Shown: one piece after another, positions 40,591-54,237 of the stretch
Layout of the letters: each line of letters begins with the position of its first letter
Numbering within the stretch: position 1 is the stretch's first letter
NCBI RefSeq assembly: GCF_003918875.1
Contig: NW_025767224.1
Coordinates: 868,001 to 932,000 of the forward strand
DNA length: 64,000 bases
Direction of reading: 5' to 3'
DNA from: Haliotis rubra
Taxonomy: Eukaryota
Translations under genes and position numbers: made by a program
Notes under the pieces: model-generated
What the model was told of the DNA's origin: nothing
What the model saw: the letters and a program-made list of their open reading frames with translations, nothing else
Databases searched by the model: none

Positions 40591-41667
40591 GGTGAGGTGA
40601 GGTGAAATTGGGTTTAACGTCATGCTTGAGAATATTTCACTCATATGACGACGTGCATGCATGTGTGTGTATGTTCGGCTGCTTGTACTAGCCCTGACTT
40701 AAGCTGGTTTTATAGTGCTAGCTCACTGAGATACCATGCCACAGTGAAGCAGGAATACCCCCAGTGTTCATTCTAGGCTGCGCCCTTGCGCCATTCTCGC
40801 ACTGAAAGTTCATATGGCGCACTTTAAAAATACTGGCGGGCCGTGTTGGCGCACTCGAGATATTAAACATAAATCTGAAATGCATTACGAGTGTGTTTTC
40901 AAGCGTCAACTCAAGCAAAACTTAAAACGCAGGCTTAGTTTAACTGCAACAAAATGTGCTACCTTCTCTCACTGAAGCAAGCTGTTTTGAATGCCAAGAA
41001 CTATGCACATCACTTTCAAGCTGTTTCAAACGGACAGTGCAAAGCCTACAAATCAGTGTTATGAGAAAATCTAATGCGCTTTGTAAAACAGATTCCGATT
41101 GGTCGGTTTCTTTGAGTGATCCAATCACGTTGCATGTAGCAGTTTTATACTTTTGATGAGAAAAAGCAAAAACCTTGTCATGATGACGATACAGAGAGCG
41201 TAACCAACCGCGATGGGTCTGAGGAGAAATGCCAGGACGATGTATCACGTGTTTTTCAAAATATGTGGCTGCAGCTTTACCCATGGGTATCGTTCGACAA
41301 AGAGGCAAATCGCATGCGATGTACGTTGTGTATTACCCATCACACAAATAATGTGTTTACAGGGAATGGCACAGACAATTATCGGACCAGGAAGTGAATT
41401 CAAATTAGTAAGTAATTAGTACTGTATGTCTAACAAGTCACAGCAATTTGACATGACCCACACTATTTTTTAAATGGCACACATAACTGAGGGCTGGTGG
41501 GCCATGGGCTGACTTTGTACCAAGTATAGAATGAACACTGTACCCCACTCAGACACATTATACTGACTCCGAGCCGACCAGTCCTTGTTGTACCCATTAA
41601 TGCCGAGCGCCAGGCAGGGACCAACAAGTACCATATTTTTACGTCTTTTGACCTTCCCGCGACCTTC
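40591..41667 (-). mobile_element. 5'-truncated SINE family B split by a DNA transposon
   Basis: SINE halves 40591-40761 and 41547-41667 are colinear with 57377-57733; outer TSD cccctggtgatta(gg) at 40578 and 41668. Confidence 0.88.
40762..41540 (+). mobile_element. 779-bp hAT-like deletion derivative, 6-bp TSD, with transposase N-terminal zinc-finger relic
   Basis: Perfect 14-bp TIR cagtgttcattcta/tagaatgaacactg; TSD tacccc; open frame 41140-41397 encodes RVFQNMWLQLYPWVSFDKEANRMRCTLC...NNVFTGNGTDNYR. Confidence 0.88.
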
Positions 41668-41678
41668 CCCCTGGTGAT

Positions 41679-41920
41679 TAGGGGTGAAATGGTATACCTA
41701 GGTATTAGTAGAACCACGGTATGTTGCCTTCGGTGCGATTTACCTTTTTAAACCTTTCCTAAAATGTCTAGAAATCGAATCATTTTGTCAAGAATCTATG
41801 CAATTATTTTCTAGACGTCCGCTTTTTTCCTGGAAGTAAGTTCTCATATACCGAACCGAACCGAAACAGACCGAACCGAAGGCCTTGTACTGCAATACAT
41901 ACCGTACCGTTTCACCCCTA
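41679..41920. mobile_element. 242-bp hAT-type MITE (TAGGG termini, 8-bp TSD)
   Basis: taggggtgaaatggta...taccgtttcaccccta; TSD ctggtgat/ctggggat; subterminal accga repeats. Confidence 0.8.
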
Positions 41921-42244
41921 CTGGGGATGCCATGTAAGACTGGCTGGACTAGCCCATGCTTTAGAAAGCTGACCTACTTGGATCAGGTTGTTACAATGTG
42001 TGATCTGGATGAGTGCATATCGTTGCACCTAAATAATATGGACAGGTGCTCATGCAGTCAGCCTGTGGACCAGCCATGTTACAGCAGTATTGTGGGCAGA
42101 ACAGCATCAGTACAATCTAGAGCATACAGCAGCTATGTTTGTTATTCCTGGAAGTATTGCTCCAATCTTGCACGTCAAGCAATAGGAACCAAACAACATT
42201 CACTCTCACCAAGANGTCAGGTACCCAACATAATTCACAAGTGC

Positions 42245-45200
42245 GAAGAAGACATCAGACAGGATTCACTGATACCAAATATATATCAGGATTCACTGCC
42301 ACCAAGAAAACATCAGACAGGATTCACTGATACCAAATATATATCAGGATTCACTGCCACCAAGAAAACATCAGACAGGATTCACTGATACCAAATATAT
42401 ATCAGGATTCACTGCCACCAAGAAAACATCAGACAGGATTCACTGATACCAAATATATATCAGGATTCACTGCCACCAAGAATATCAGACATCAGACAGG
42501 ATTCACTGATACCAAATATATATCAGGATTCACTGCCACCAAGAAGACATCAGACAGGATTCACTGATACCAAATATATATCAGGATTCACTGCCACCAA
42601 GAAGACATCAGACAGGATTCACTGATACCAAATATATATCAGGATTCACTGCCACCAAGAAGACATCAGACAGGATTCACTGATACCAAATATATATCAG
42701 GATTCACTGCCACCAAGAAGACATCACACAGAATTCACAGATACCAAATATATATCAGGATTCACTGCCACCAAGAAGACATTAGACAGGATTCACTGAT
42801 ACCAAATATATATCAGGATTCACTGCCACCAAGAAGATACATCACACAGGATTCACAGATACCAAATATATATCAGGATTCACTGCCACCAAGAAGACAT
42901 TAGACAGGATTCACTGCCACCAAGAAGACATCAGATAGGATTCACAGATACCAAATATATATCAGGATTCACTGCCACCAAGAAGACATCAGACAGGATT
43001 CACTGATACCAAATATATATCAGGATTCACTGCCACCAAGAAGACATCACACAGAATTCACAGATACCAAATATATATCAGGATTCACTGCCACCAAGAA
43101 GACATCACACAGGATAAATATATATCAGGATTCACTGCCACCAAGAAGACATCAGACAGGATTCACTGATACCAAATATCAGATTCAGGATTCACTGCCA
43201 CCAAGAAGACATCAGATAGGATTCACTGCCACCAAGATACCAAGGATATATACCAAATATTATCAGGATTCACTGCCACCAAGAAGACATCAGACAGAGA
43301 TTCATCACCAAATATATATCAGGATTCACTGCCACCAAGATACACACAGGAAACTGATACCAAATATATATCAGGATTCACTGCCACCAAGAAGACATCA
43401 GACAGGATTCACTTATACCAAATATATATCAGGATTCACTGCCACCAAGAAGACATCACACAGAATTCACAGGTACCAAATATATATCAGGATTCACTGC
43501 CACCAAGAAGACATTAGATAGGATTCACTGATACCAAATATATATCAGGATTCACTGCCACCAAGAAGACATCACACAGAATTCACAGATACCAAATATA
43601 TATCAGGATTCACTGCCACCAAGAAGACAGGATTCACTGATACCAAATATATAGGATTCACTGCCACCAAGAAGACATCAGACAGGATTCACAGATACCA
43701 AATATATATCAGGATTCACTGCCACCAAGAAGACATCAGACAGGATTCACAGATACCAAATATATATCAGGATTCACTGCCACCAAGAAGACATCAGACA
43801 GGATTCACTGATACCAAATATATATCAGGGATTCACTGCCACCAAGAAGACATCAGACAGATTCACTGATACCAAATATATATCAGATTCACTGCCACCA
43901 AGAAGACATCAGACAGGATTCACTGCCACCAAATATATATCAGGATTCACTTCACCACCAAGAAGACATCAGACAGATTCACTGCCAAAATATCAGATTC
44001 ACTGCCACCAAGAAGACATCAGGATTCACTGATACCAAATATATATCAGGATTCACTGCCACCAAGAAGACATCACACAGAATTCACAGATACCAAATAT
44101 ATATCAGGATTCACTGCCACCAAGAAGACATTAGACAGGATTCACTGCCACCAAGAAGATATATCAGACCAAGAAGATTCACAGACTGATACCAAATATA
44201 TATCAGGATTCACTGCCACCAAGAAGACATCAGACAGGATTCACTGATACCAAATATATATCAGGATTCACTGCCACCAAGAAGACATCACACAGGATTC
44301 ACTGATACCAAATATATATCAGGATTCACTGCCACCAAGAAGACATCAGACAGATTCACTGATACCAAATATATATCAGATTCACTGCCACCAAGAAGAC
44401 ATCACATTCAGATACCAAATATATATCAGGATTCACTGCCACCAAGAAGACATCAGACAGGATTCACAGATACCAAATATATATCAGGATTCACTGCCAC
44501 CAAGAAGACATCAGATTCAGGATTCACTGATACCAAATATATATCAGGATTCACTGCCACCAAGAAGACATCACACAGATTCACAGATACCACTGATACC
44601 AACCAAGAAGACATTAGACAGGATTCACTGCCACCAAGAAGACATCACACAGGATTCACAGATACCAAATATATATCAGGATTCACTGCCACCAAGAAGA
44701 CATCAGACAGGATTCACTGATACCAAATATATATCAGGATTCACTGCCACCAAGAAGACATCACACAGGATTCACAGATACCAAATATATATCAGGATTC
44801 ACTGCCACCAAGAAGACATTAGACAGGATTCACTGCCACCAAGAAGACATCAGATAGGATTCACTGATACCAAGATATATTATCAGGATTCACTGCCACC
44901 AAGAAGACATCAGACAGGATTCACTGCCACCAAGAATATATCAGATAGGATTCACTGCCACCAAGAAGACATTAGACAGGATTCACTGCCACCAAGAAGA
45001 CATCAGATAGGATTCACTGATACCAAATATATATCAGGATTCACTGCCACCAAGAAGACATCACACAGAATTCACAGATACCAAATATATATCAGGATTC
45101 ACTGCCACCAAGAAGACATCACACAGAATTCACAGATACCAAATATACATCAGGATTCACTGCCACCAAGAAGACATTAGACAGGATTCACTGCCACCAA

Positions 45201-46710
45201 GAAGACATCAGACAGGATTCACTGATACCAAATATATATCAGGATTCACTGCCACCAAGAAAACATCACACAGGATTCACTGATACCAAATATACATCAG
45301 GATTCACTGCCACCAAGAAGACATCAGACAGGATTCACTGCCACCAAGAAGATATCAGATCAGGATTCACTGCCACCAAATATATATCAGACATCACTGC
45401 CACCAAGAAAACATCACACAGGATTCACTGATACCAAATATACATCAGATTCACTGCCACCAAGAAGACATCAGACAGGATTCACTGATACCAAATATAT
45501 ATCAGGATTCACTGCCACCAAGAAGACATCATTCATTACCAAATATATATCAGGATTCACTGATACCAAATATATATTCACTGCCACCAAGAAGACATAT
45601 GCCAGGATTCTCCAACCAAAGACATCAGACAGGATTCACTGATACCAAATATATATCAGGATTCACTGCCACCAAAGACATCAGACAGGATTCACTGATA
45701 CCAAATATATATCAGGATCACTGCCACCAAGAACTGATACCACATCACTGCCACCAAGAAAGACAGGATTCACAGATACCAAATATATATCAGGATTCAC
45801 TGCCACCAAGAAGACATCAGACAGGATTCACATGATACCAAATATCAGATCAGGATTCACTGCCACCAAGAAGACATCAGACAGGATTCACTGCCACCAA
45901 GAAGACATCAGACAGGATTCACTGCCACCAAGAAGACATCAGACAGGATTCACTGCCACCAAATATATATCAGACAGGATTCACTGCCACCAAGAAGACA
46001 TCAGACAGGATTCACTGCCACCAGATTAGGAAGGTATAGACAGGATTCCCACCAAAGAAGACATCAGACAGGATTCACTGCCACCAAAGACATCAGACAG
46101 CATTAACTGATATCAGACAGATTCACTGCCACCAAGAAGGTATCAGACAGGATTCACTGCCACCAAGAAGGTATCAGACAGGATTCTCAGCCTCCAGGAA
46201 GGTATCTGACAGCATTCACTGCCATCAAGAAGGTATCAGACAGGATTATCTGCCACCAGGAAGGTATCTGACAGGATTCACTGCCACCAAAGAAGACATC
46301 AGACAGGATTATCTGCCACCAGGAAGGTATCTGACAGGATTCACTGCCATCAAGAAGGTATCAGACAGGATTATCTGCCACCAGGAAGGCATCTGACAGG
46401 ATTCACTGCAACAAAGAAGACATCAGAGAGGATTCTCTGCCACCAGGAAGGTCACTGCCACAAAGAAGGTACTGATGAGATGATGCCAGATACACATGTT
46501 TCAGAAAGGGAGTTGACATCACACACTTACTGCCACCAGTTAGGTATCTGACAGGATTCACTGCCACCAAGAAGACATCAGACAGGATTATCTGCCACAA
46601 GGAAGGAATCTGACAGGATTCACTGCCACCAAGAAGACATCAGACAGGATTCACTGCCACCAGAAAGGTATCAGACAGGATTCACTGCCACCAGAAAGGT
46701 ATCAGACAGG
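42245..46710. repeat. About 4.5-kb satellite: 58-bp dimer (31+27 subunits) grading into 31-bp monomers
   Basis: Subunits ggattcactgccaccaagaagacatcagaca and ggattcactgataccaaatatatatca; period 58 (42303, 42361). Confidence 0.96.
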
Positions 46711-47149
46711 GTTCTTGGATAACAGGAAGGAAGGATTTGCTATTATCAGGAATATACACAGTATAAGAACACAGTATACAGGATTCACTGCTTCAGGAAA
46801 TGATGTATTTCCATATAACATAAGTAGAAGATATGGTCCAACTGGGTAAACAGAAGATGAAGGATGTTTTGAAGAATAGATCAGACAGGGTCCACTGCTG
46901 CCAGAAATGTTCCAGACAGAACTCACCATCACCAGGGACTGATGAGATGATTCCAGATACACATGTGTCATGAGTTGACATCACACATTAATGTCTCAGA
47001 TTGTTCCCTCAACATGCCATTACAAGATAGTACTAGTCTTGGTAAGGTGGTCAACACATCTAAACCTTGTAAACTACAGACGTTAGTACTTGCATACTGA
47101 TTCCTTATCTCAATAGTAACCATGAAACCAGGACTAAACCTTTCCATAA

Positions 47150-48190
47150 CCATCAGTTACAACTATAAAGTCTACATATGATATACGATATTCAGTAAGG
47201 TACACATGAGTTGATATACCAGACAGAAAAGTCACCGTGTGGAATAAAATGGTCGATGTGCAAAAAGTAATAGTCGATATGCTAGAGATTAAAGTTGATA
47301 TGCTTGAAGTTAAAGTAAATAAGATAATTATAAGCTGACAAGCTAGATGAAATAGTAGATACGATAATAGATATGCTAGATACGATATTTCATATGCTAG
47401 AAAAAACAACCAATACGACGGTCAAAATACACATAAACATGTTGGTCAATAAGCTACAAAATTTAGTAGATATACTAGATACACTAGTTGATACAATAGA
47501 TGATAGCTCCATGTAACTGATATGTTAGATACAGTATTAGTCACTGAGTGAGTTTAGTTTTACGCCGCACTCAGCAATATTCCAGATGTATGACGGCGGT
47601 CTGTAAATAATAGAGTCTGGACCAGACAATCCAGTGATTGACAGCGTGAGCATCGACCTGCTCAATTGGGAATCCATGACATGGTCAACCAAGTCAGCGA
47701 GCCTGACCACCCAATCCCGTTAGTCGCCTCTTACGACAAGCATGGGTTACTGAAGATCTATATTCTACCCCGGACCTTCTCGGGTAAGATACAGTATACA
47801 ATGTATATGACCGTCCATATGCTACACAAAACAGTACATATACTAAATACAATTGTACTTATGTTCATACAATAGTTGATAAACTAGATATGAGTCAAAA
47901 TGCTAGACATGACAGTCAACATGCTATATACAATCGTCAATATGCTAAACACTACAGCCGATATTCTAGATATGACAAATACGATGATCAATATGCCAGA
48001 TACAAAGTTGATCTGCTAGATATGGCAGTCAACATGCTGGATATGATAGTTGATTTGCTACACATGGTAGTCAATACGAGTCAATTTGCTTTGTATGGTA
48101 GTCAATATGCCAGACACACTAGTTTATATGTGAAATACAATAGTCTATATGATAGATATCATAATTATATGTGAGGCATAATAGTCAATA
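47150..48190. repeat. Decayed tandem repeat of about 21 bp
   Basis: Recurrent atatgctagatacgatagtc-like units on both sides of the family C insertion. Confidence 0.65.
47545..47785 (-). mobile_element. Repeat family C, full-length copy
   Basis: Minus strand acccgagaaggtccgg...acccatgcttgtcgtaagaggcgactaacggg...ggaatattgctgagtgcggcgtaaaactaaactcactc. Confidence 0.85.
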
Positions 48191-50149
48191 GCACCTGCCT
48201 GGTTTTTTACTCATTGTTATGCTATTAACAAAGCTTAAAACAGTTAACTGAATTTTAGCATACTTGGTCCTCAGACATGGCATAAAGTCACAGACTGTAA
48301 TATGCCAGTTGATAGTCGAAAAAATAGTTGACTTACACATTTATAATAGTTCATAAGCTGAAGACCGTAAAGGTGATAACACAAACATAATGCATTTTAA
48401 TACATTGTCTTGTGTAACTGATCCCCATGGTTTTTTTGGCATACATATTAAATCAGCACAGGTATTTTTAACTTTAACTGTTTTGTTTTTTCAGTGTTTA
48501 ACAGAATTAAACCTGGCAAGCACTACAGGTTTGTACAGGTCCAAAGAGAGCTATGCCTGTTGGAGGTGACGAAATGGTTCAGGTGGTCATGCTTGGTGGC
48601 TTGGTGTCGAATGTGGCTCATAATACAGTATGGCGTCAAAAACGCATTTAACTCTACCCCTAAGCAAGTATTGCACCAAAAGTTATGAGAGTCAGTTACA
48701 TATTTGTCTGTATATATTTTGGTAACATTAAATTTAAAGGAATATTTCAATAAAGGACAGAATCTATCAATTAAATCACTCAAAACACATCCTGTAAAAT
48801 TGTAAAAGTACATCAATATACAGTTCCTAATGTACTCTATTTTCACTATACTATATTTTCATGAGTATTCAGTCATCAGACCAGCAAACATCTGAGCTTA
48901 ATTTCTGCCTGATGTTTTAGTTGTTTTATTGCTGATGTTTTAGTTGTGATTTTGTCAGGATTATCAGACATGGCATGTATAGCGTACAGGTACGTCAACC
49001 GGAATGTCATTTTCAAGGATGAGTTGTCAGAAGTTAACCCTTCCCTCACAGACAGTTGACCTACAAATAAATTTTACTTCAAGGTAAATACCTAAATAAC
49101 ATTAACATTAATTTTGTACTCACCTAGTTGTGATTCAACAGAGCTTATTTTTAGGATCTGTTAAGAACTTCATATTGCCTTCTACTGCCTTATCAGATTG
49201 AACAAGACACATTCCAACTGTCACTTTTTACCCAATTATAAAATACTCTCAACTTTCTTTTATGTTTGACTTTCTGTTGTGTGAGGGGATCAGCCAATTT
49301 CATGCTTGAATGCAGTTCAGCTTCAGTGACTTTACGGGAGTATGGCCCTATGTGAAAATGTTTACCATTGAAACAATGCAATCATCATGATGTAACATCT
49401 AATTAGAGCATGTATCGTGTATATATTTACCTAATTACAAGTCTGAAGAACAAGTGAAGCTTTTAAATGATTCTAAATTATCATGAAGATTACTGACATT
49501 CATGGGATCAAAGCACAATTGGAAAAATCCTCTACTATATATCATTTCAAATTGTACACCTATTAAAAACATATATTGATAAACTATGACATAAATTTGA
49601 ATTAGAAATCTATGCTTTATATTATTTCATATGTGTACAAAGATTTTAGGACATTTGTATCATGACCTGAAAAATACATATGTGAACAGGTTACTGGGTT
49701 TGCTTTGGATATGGAGGTCAGACATTTCTCAGACAAAAGGGCCATGTAGATAAGCTGAGCGAGAAAACAAACAACTGAAAATCTTCAGTCAGCAGACAAG
49801 TTTATGAAGCATTGATCGAGGGGTCTAATGTTAAATTGGTCTTTTTAAAATGGTGTAAAGAATAATATATCTGTCAGTTGTGTGAAATGAAGGGGAAATC
49901 TGCTGGTTCACCCCACAAACAGGTGTGAATCAATGAATGACAGCACCTTGCCGAGACCCAGTTATCGTGGTCTAGTTTATGTTTACAAATGTGTCAATAG
50001 CCAGAACGCGCTCTCGGAGGATTATCCGTACATTGAAAATACACAAAATACATACTGAATTCATTTTGAAATACACCGTCTGTTAAATAAAATTATATAT
50101 TTCATCATTTGCTTAATATTGATTATTTACTTCGAATCGATCGGGACAG

Positions 50150-50760
50150 GAAACCAAATGTCAATTTCATAGCTCAGCCACGCCGTTGCCGTTCTATTTA
50201 CACTCACAACCTGTCAAATTGGAAACGGATCGCTCGATTCGGAGCGCATCCTTATTTAAATCTACACTATGATAAATACACACACAGCTAAAATGGTGGC
50301 CGATCTATTTAGTCGATGAAAATACGACCTTTTTAGCGGCGGCATGGTATCAAATTTGCTCGTCTTCGACCATGACGGGAAAATAGGCCTTCAAGAGAGA
50401 CTAGGCCTACATTTTGCACACACATAACGTGGCACCAGGGATGCTTTGGGGGAAGCCGTTGTGCAGGGCAGTTAGCAGTCTTGTTAAAGTTTAGCATGCA
50501 TTAAAGTTTGAGCAATAGCAAAGACAATAAAGGCCTATTTGTCAGGAAATAAGTACACAAATAGAACACATACCTTCTCCCTGTATCTAATTTTAGTAGC
50601 ATACAAGACAGCAGTTAATGTGACTTCGTTATTTCATTGGCTACAGTGCAGAAAAATCGCGCCAATCACTTTTACTTCCGGTTCGGCCATGGCGCCAAGT
50701 TGTGAATGGTGATCGATCGGCGATATATTTCGACCACTTAAATTGTGCAACCTTTTAACA
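50150..50760. promoter_or_regulatory. Candidate housekeeping-type promoter / first exon region
   Basis: Local CpG enrichment; CCAAT on both strands (50636-50640, 50662-50666), ETS site ACTTCCGG 50674-50681, gccatggcgcc, aaaatggtgg; minus-strand donor gtgagtg at 50201-50207. Confidence 0.5.
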
Positions 50761-52465
50761 TATATGTGCACATCTAACGTCGTGGCATATAGACAAGCGT
50801 AAGTATTATATACAACATACACTGTTGCCAACAGTGGCAGAAGCCTACCATGTTTTTAGCGTGATTCCGATGAATAGGCTGCTAAGTCTAAGAAACAAGT
50901 TTGTCAGTTGCAAGTTTAGGTCTCAAGATTTTAGACAGGAAGAAAAATGTTATCCCATATTCTTCGTTTATGTGTACCGATATCGATACATGTGACTGTA
51001 TAGTTGCAATTGATTAAAGACACGAGTTCAGTTACTGTACAAGATCTAATTTGCAGTTGTTCTATCTAGGCCAAGATTTGTCTGTTGTATTTTTGTTTAA
51101 CAGCCACATGTCCAGGGTGAATGTATCATTACCGTACTCATTATGCTGCATTCGGTGTAATTTATTTACTTCTGCTCAGATTCATCATAGGAGAGACAAA
51201 TATTTCTAAATGTGGTATATCATGACAGTGGGTCAATAATTAAGAAATAACACAATAATAAGGAAATAACAATGTGAAGTCACATGACGTGTACATTACA
51301 AGTATGTGCACAATATGTTCAGACACTACAGGGACTAAACATTCCCCTTATTGCATCTTATGCTATACATGTTTGAATACTTTACAGCGAGGTTCCTTAA
51401 GACTTTGTGTATGCTAATGGCATGGCTATTCTCACTTATGATTACGTCAGGCAACTCTTGGTCCACATCTTTATTTTGAAATTTAATCTGCATGGTTCTG
51501 AATGTTGTAGGGAGAGCCTTGAACATTATAAGAAAATTCCTTAGACTTAGTGACTGCCATTCTGTACAAACTCTGGGTACGTTTCCTGGGGCACACATGC
51601 CATATTATATTTCCAGTATGAAGACAGATTTAGAAGTGCAGTTATTAATTATGAACATGAAAAACTATAAAGCCATCTAATTCTTTCCATGGAATTAAGC
51701 TCCATCGAAGAAACTTGGGATCAGGTTTATGCAAGATCTTCATAAAAAAGATCATGTTCTAGTCACAATATGTCTCTGGAATGGTTCTGTGTCAGTGGCC
51801 CCCAATACTGTTGAATGTAGCCTCATAAGTCAACCACTACAGTTATCCTTGCCCAGACTGAATGATGTTGATTAAAACTGACATAATGCTAACTACTACG
51901 TAAAAAAAACATGCACTCACCCCATGACAAAGGATGTTGTTCATTATGTCAATCACTTGTTAACCATATATTGCCACATGGTGTCTGTTGCCAAGTTAAA
52001 CAAGACACTAAACATTCAAACAAACGTTCAAAGACTGTGTTGGACATCTTTATTTGGTGCCAGTCAGCCTCATTGTAAGTATTGGGGTTTTTTTGTATCC
52101 CAAGAATCTTGTTGACTTACAATCCATTTGATGGCAAGGCAAGTTAAGCTAGTGAATAATGACAATTACAGGTGCTTTATTTGATGTTCATCATTAGCAT
52201 TCATTGAAGGAATGCATGGGATTGATTTTTCTTAATTTTGAAGAATCAAAATGTTTTTTGACATTCCTTTTGTGGGGCATTACAGTTTGATGTACTTCTG
52301 GAAAGAGTTTGAGGTTACCTGCAGGTCAGGGGGTTCCTTTCATCATCTCATGGTCTTTACTGCATTCCTAGTTTTAACACAAATATGGACTTTAGTTTGG
52401 GTCTAAACTTCTGACAGTTTTAAAACACACTGGGTTCTGGCTTTATAGGTTTATTGACAGAAGTG

Positions 52466-54121
52466 CAGGGCTCCAGATAAGGGCCGTATCGGCGTATGTA
52501 CGGATAAAAAATATGCACGATACGGTAGGAAATAATTTAGAAAACGTAGCAGATACGCACCACAGCAATTGTGTACGGTCTTAGAATCATTTACAGACAT
52601 ATTTATCTGAAAAAGTATTGTTTAGTTTATTGACCATTTACACCAGAGTAGCAATGCTGTCATGCATATATGAAACTAAGCACAAGTTTAATGATACACC
52701 ATTAAATTCCACTCAGTACTCTAAATGTACTCTTATTGTTTTCCAGTACTCATATACAGTCAGACCTCGTTAATACGAACACTTTGGTTTTTTTTAAAAA
52801 ACGTTCGGATAGTGAAACGTTCGTACTGCTGAAACCACAGTATATGCACCGAGTTACTTCCCCTTGATATCTTTCCTTACTATCGAGACTCTGAGGTCAT
52901 AGATGAAGCCTATGTTTATGAAGGAAATTATAAGCTTGTAAAACGTTATTGCTACTACATCCCATACACCATTTAAAAGATCTAATCCTAAAATTATTTT
53001 TGAATGAAAATGCAAGCTTACATTTATAACGTCCAGATAAACCACGAAAGAAGCAAAAACTATGGCGATTTTTTTCCATTTGTGACATGTCATAACATGC
53101 CCGTGCCTTTTTCTTTTATATTTTCATTTTTACGCCATCAGAGGCGAATCGTTTGATGTCGGGTATCGTTCAAGCTCTGAACATCAACAACATCACTGAA
53201 CCCTTGCCGAGAGTATTTTCACAGTTGTAAGAAGCGATTTTATTGGATAAAAATTGGTTTCTAATGACGCTTTTTCGCTACAGTCTGCTATAAGGGTCGT
53301 GATTGGTCAAAATCAGACATGTGACCTAAGGCAGCCAATCATATTACGGCAATGGATACCGTCCTCGTAAACGAAAACTTTTAGATTTAGACGAAAGTTT
53401 TGGGTAAAATAATGCTATTTTGAACATATTAAGCAAGAAATCGCTACCTACACGTAAATTATGGAACTTATTGGACGTATCGTGCTAGGTTATGACCTGT
53501 GACAAAAATGCTTCATGTATATATTTTGTTGATTTTATTCATTAGTTTATTCAATTTATTTAATGAATTCCTCGAAACATCGTTACTTTGCTCTATGACA
53601 ATGTTATTGTGGACCCGCTGCCGAAGCATGTGTCCGAGAATCGTTGTTTTCAATAACATTGCGAAAAATAGTTTATAATTTTAATTCGTGTTGAAACGGT
53701 ACCGAGCATATATTTCTGGATTGAAGTCTTTCCCAAAACAGCGTGGTCGTCGAAATTTCCCTATCACTTATGATAAAGGGATCAAAGGGATGAGTCGCTA
53801 AGTCGCTAAACAAACAACGTGTCACTTTGATTGGACAAGTCAGCAGCGCGGTTAACTTCAATCGTTCGGATTAACGCGGCTGTTTACAACTTAATTAGTC
53901 CAATCCGTTCCGACTGACCAGCGTTCGGAGGCGGAAACTGAATCATCGGACTAACGAGGTGTCAATTATATACAATATATAGGGAGATGATTTGGTGCCC
54001 AGTGAGTAGCGTTCGGAAGTCGGTGGATTCGGATTAACGAGGACCGGATTACCGCGGCCTGACTGTATTGAAATAATAAGGAGTACATACTCCTGATGTT
54101 GAAAAATTATCTGGAGCCCTG
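52466..54121. mobile_element. CAGGG-ended non-autonomous DNA transposon hosting a nested MITE
   Basis: Perfect 15-bp TIR cagggctccagataa/ttatctggagccctg; flanks gaagtg/gaagta (6-bp TSD, 1 mismatch). Confidence 0.87.
52757..54065. mobile_element. 1.3-kb pogo/Tigger-type non-autonomous element, TA TSD
   Basis: TA|cagtcagacctcgttaatacgaac ... ggattaccgcggcctgactg|TA with subterminal ttcggattaacg repeats; no transposase ORF seen. Confidence 0.8.
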
Positions 54122-54237
54122 GAAGTATATGAATTGTTTCTTCTGTTGAAGTTGTGACATAGAAGTAAAATGAACCAATTAATTGCTAGTACTGGTGGAG
54201 ATGGAAGAAATTTGGGCCGGTTACTCATACTCATTAA

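Noticed and set aside
42245-46710. Repeat array as CRISPR or repeat-protein gene
   Set aside because: No unique spacers and no cas genes, eukaryotic context; the 58-bp unit is not a multiple of 3 and has stops.
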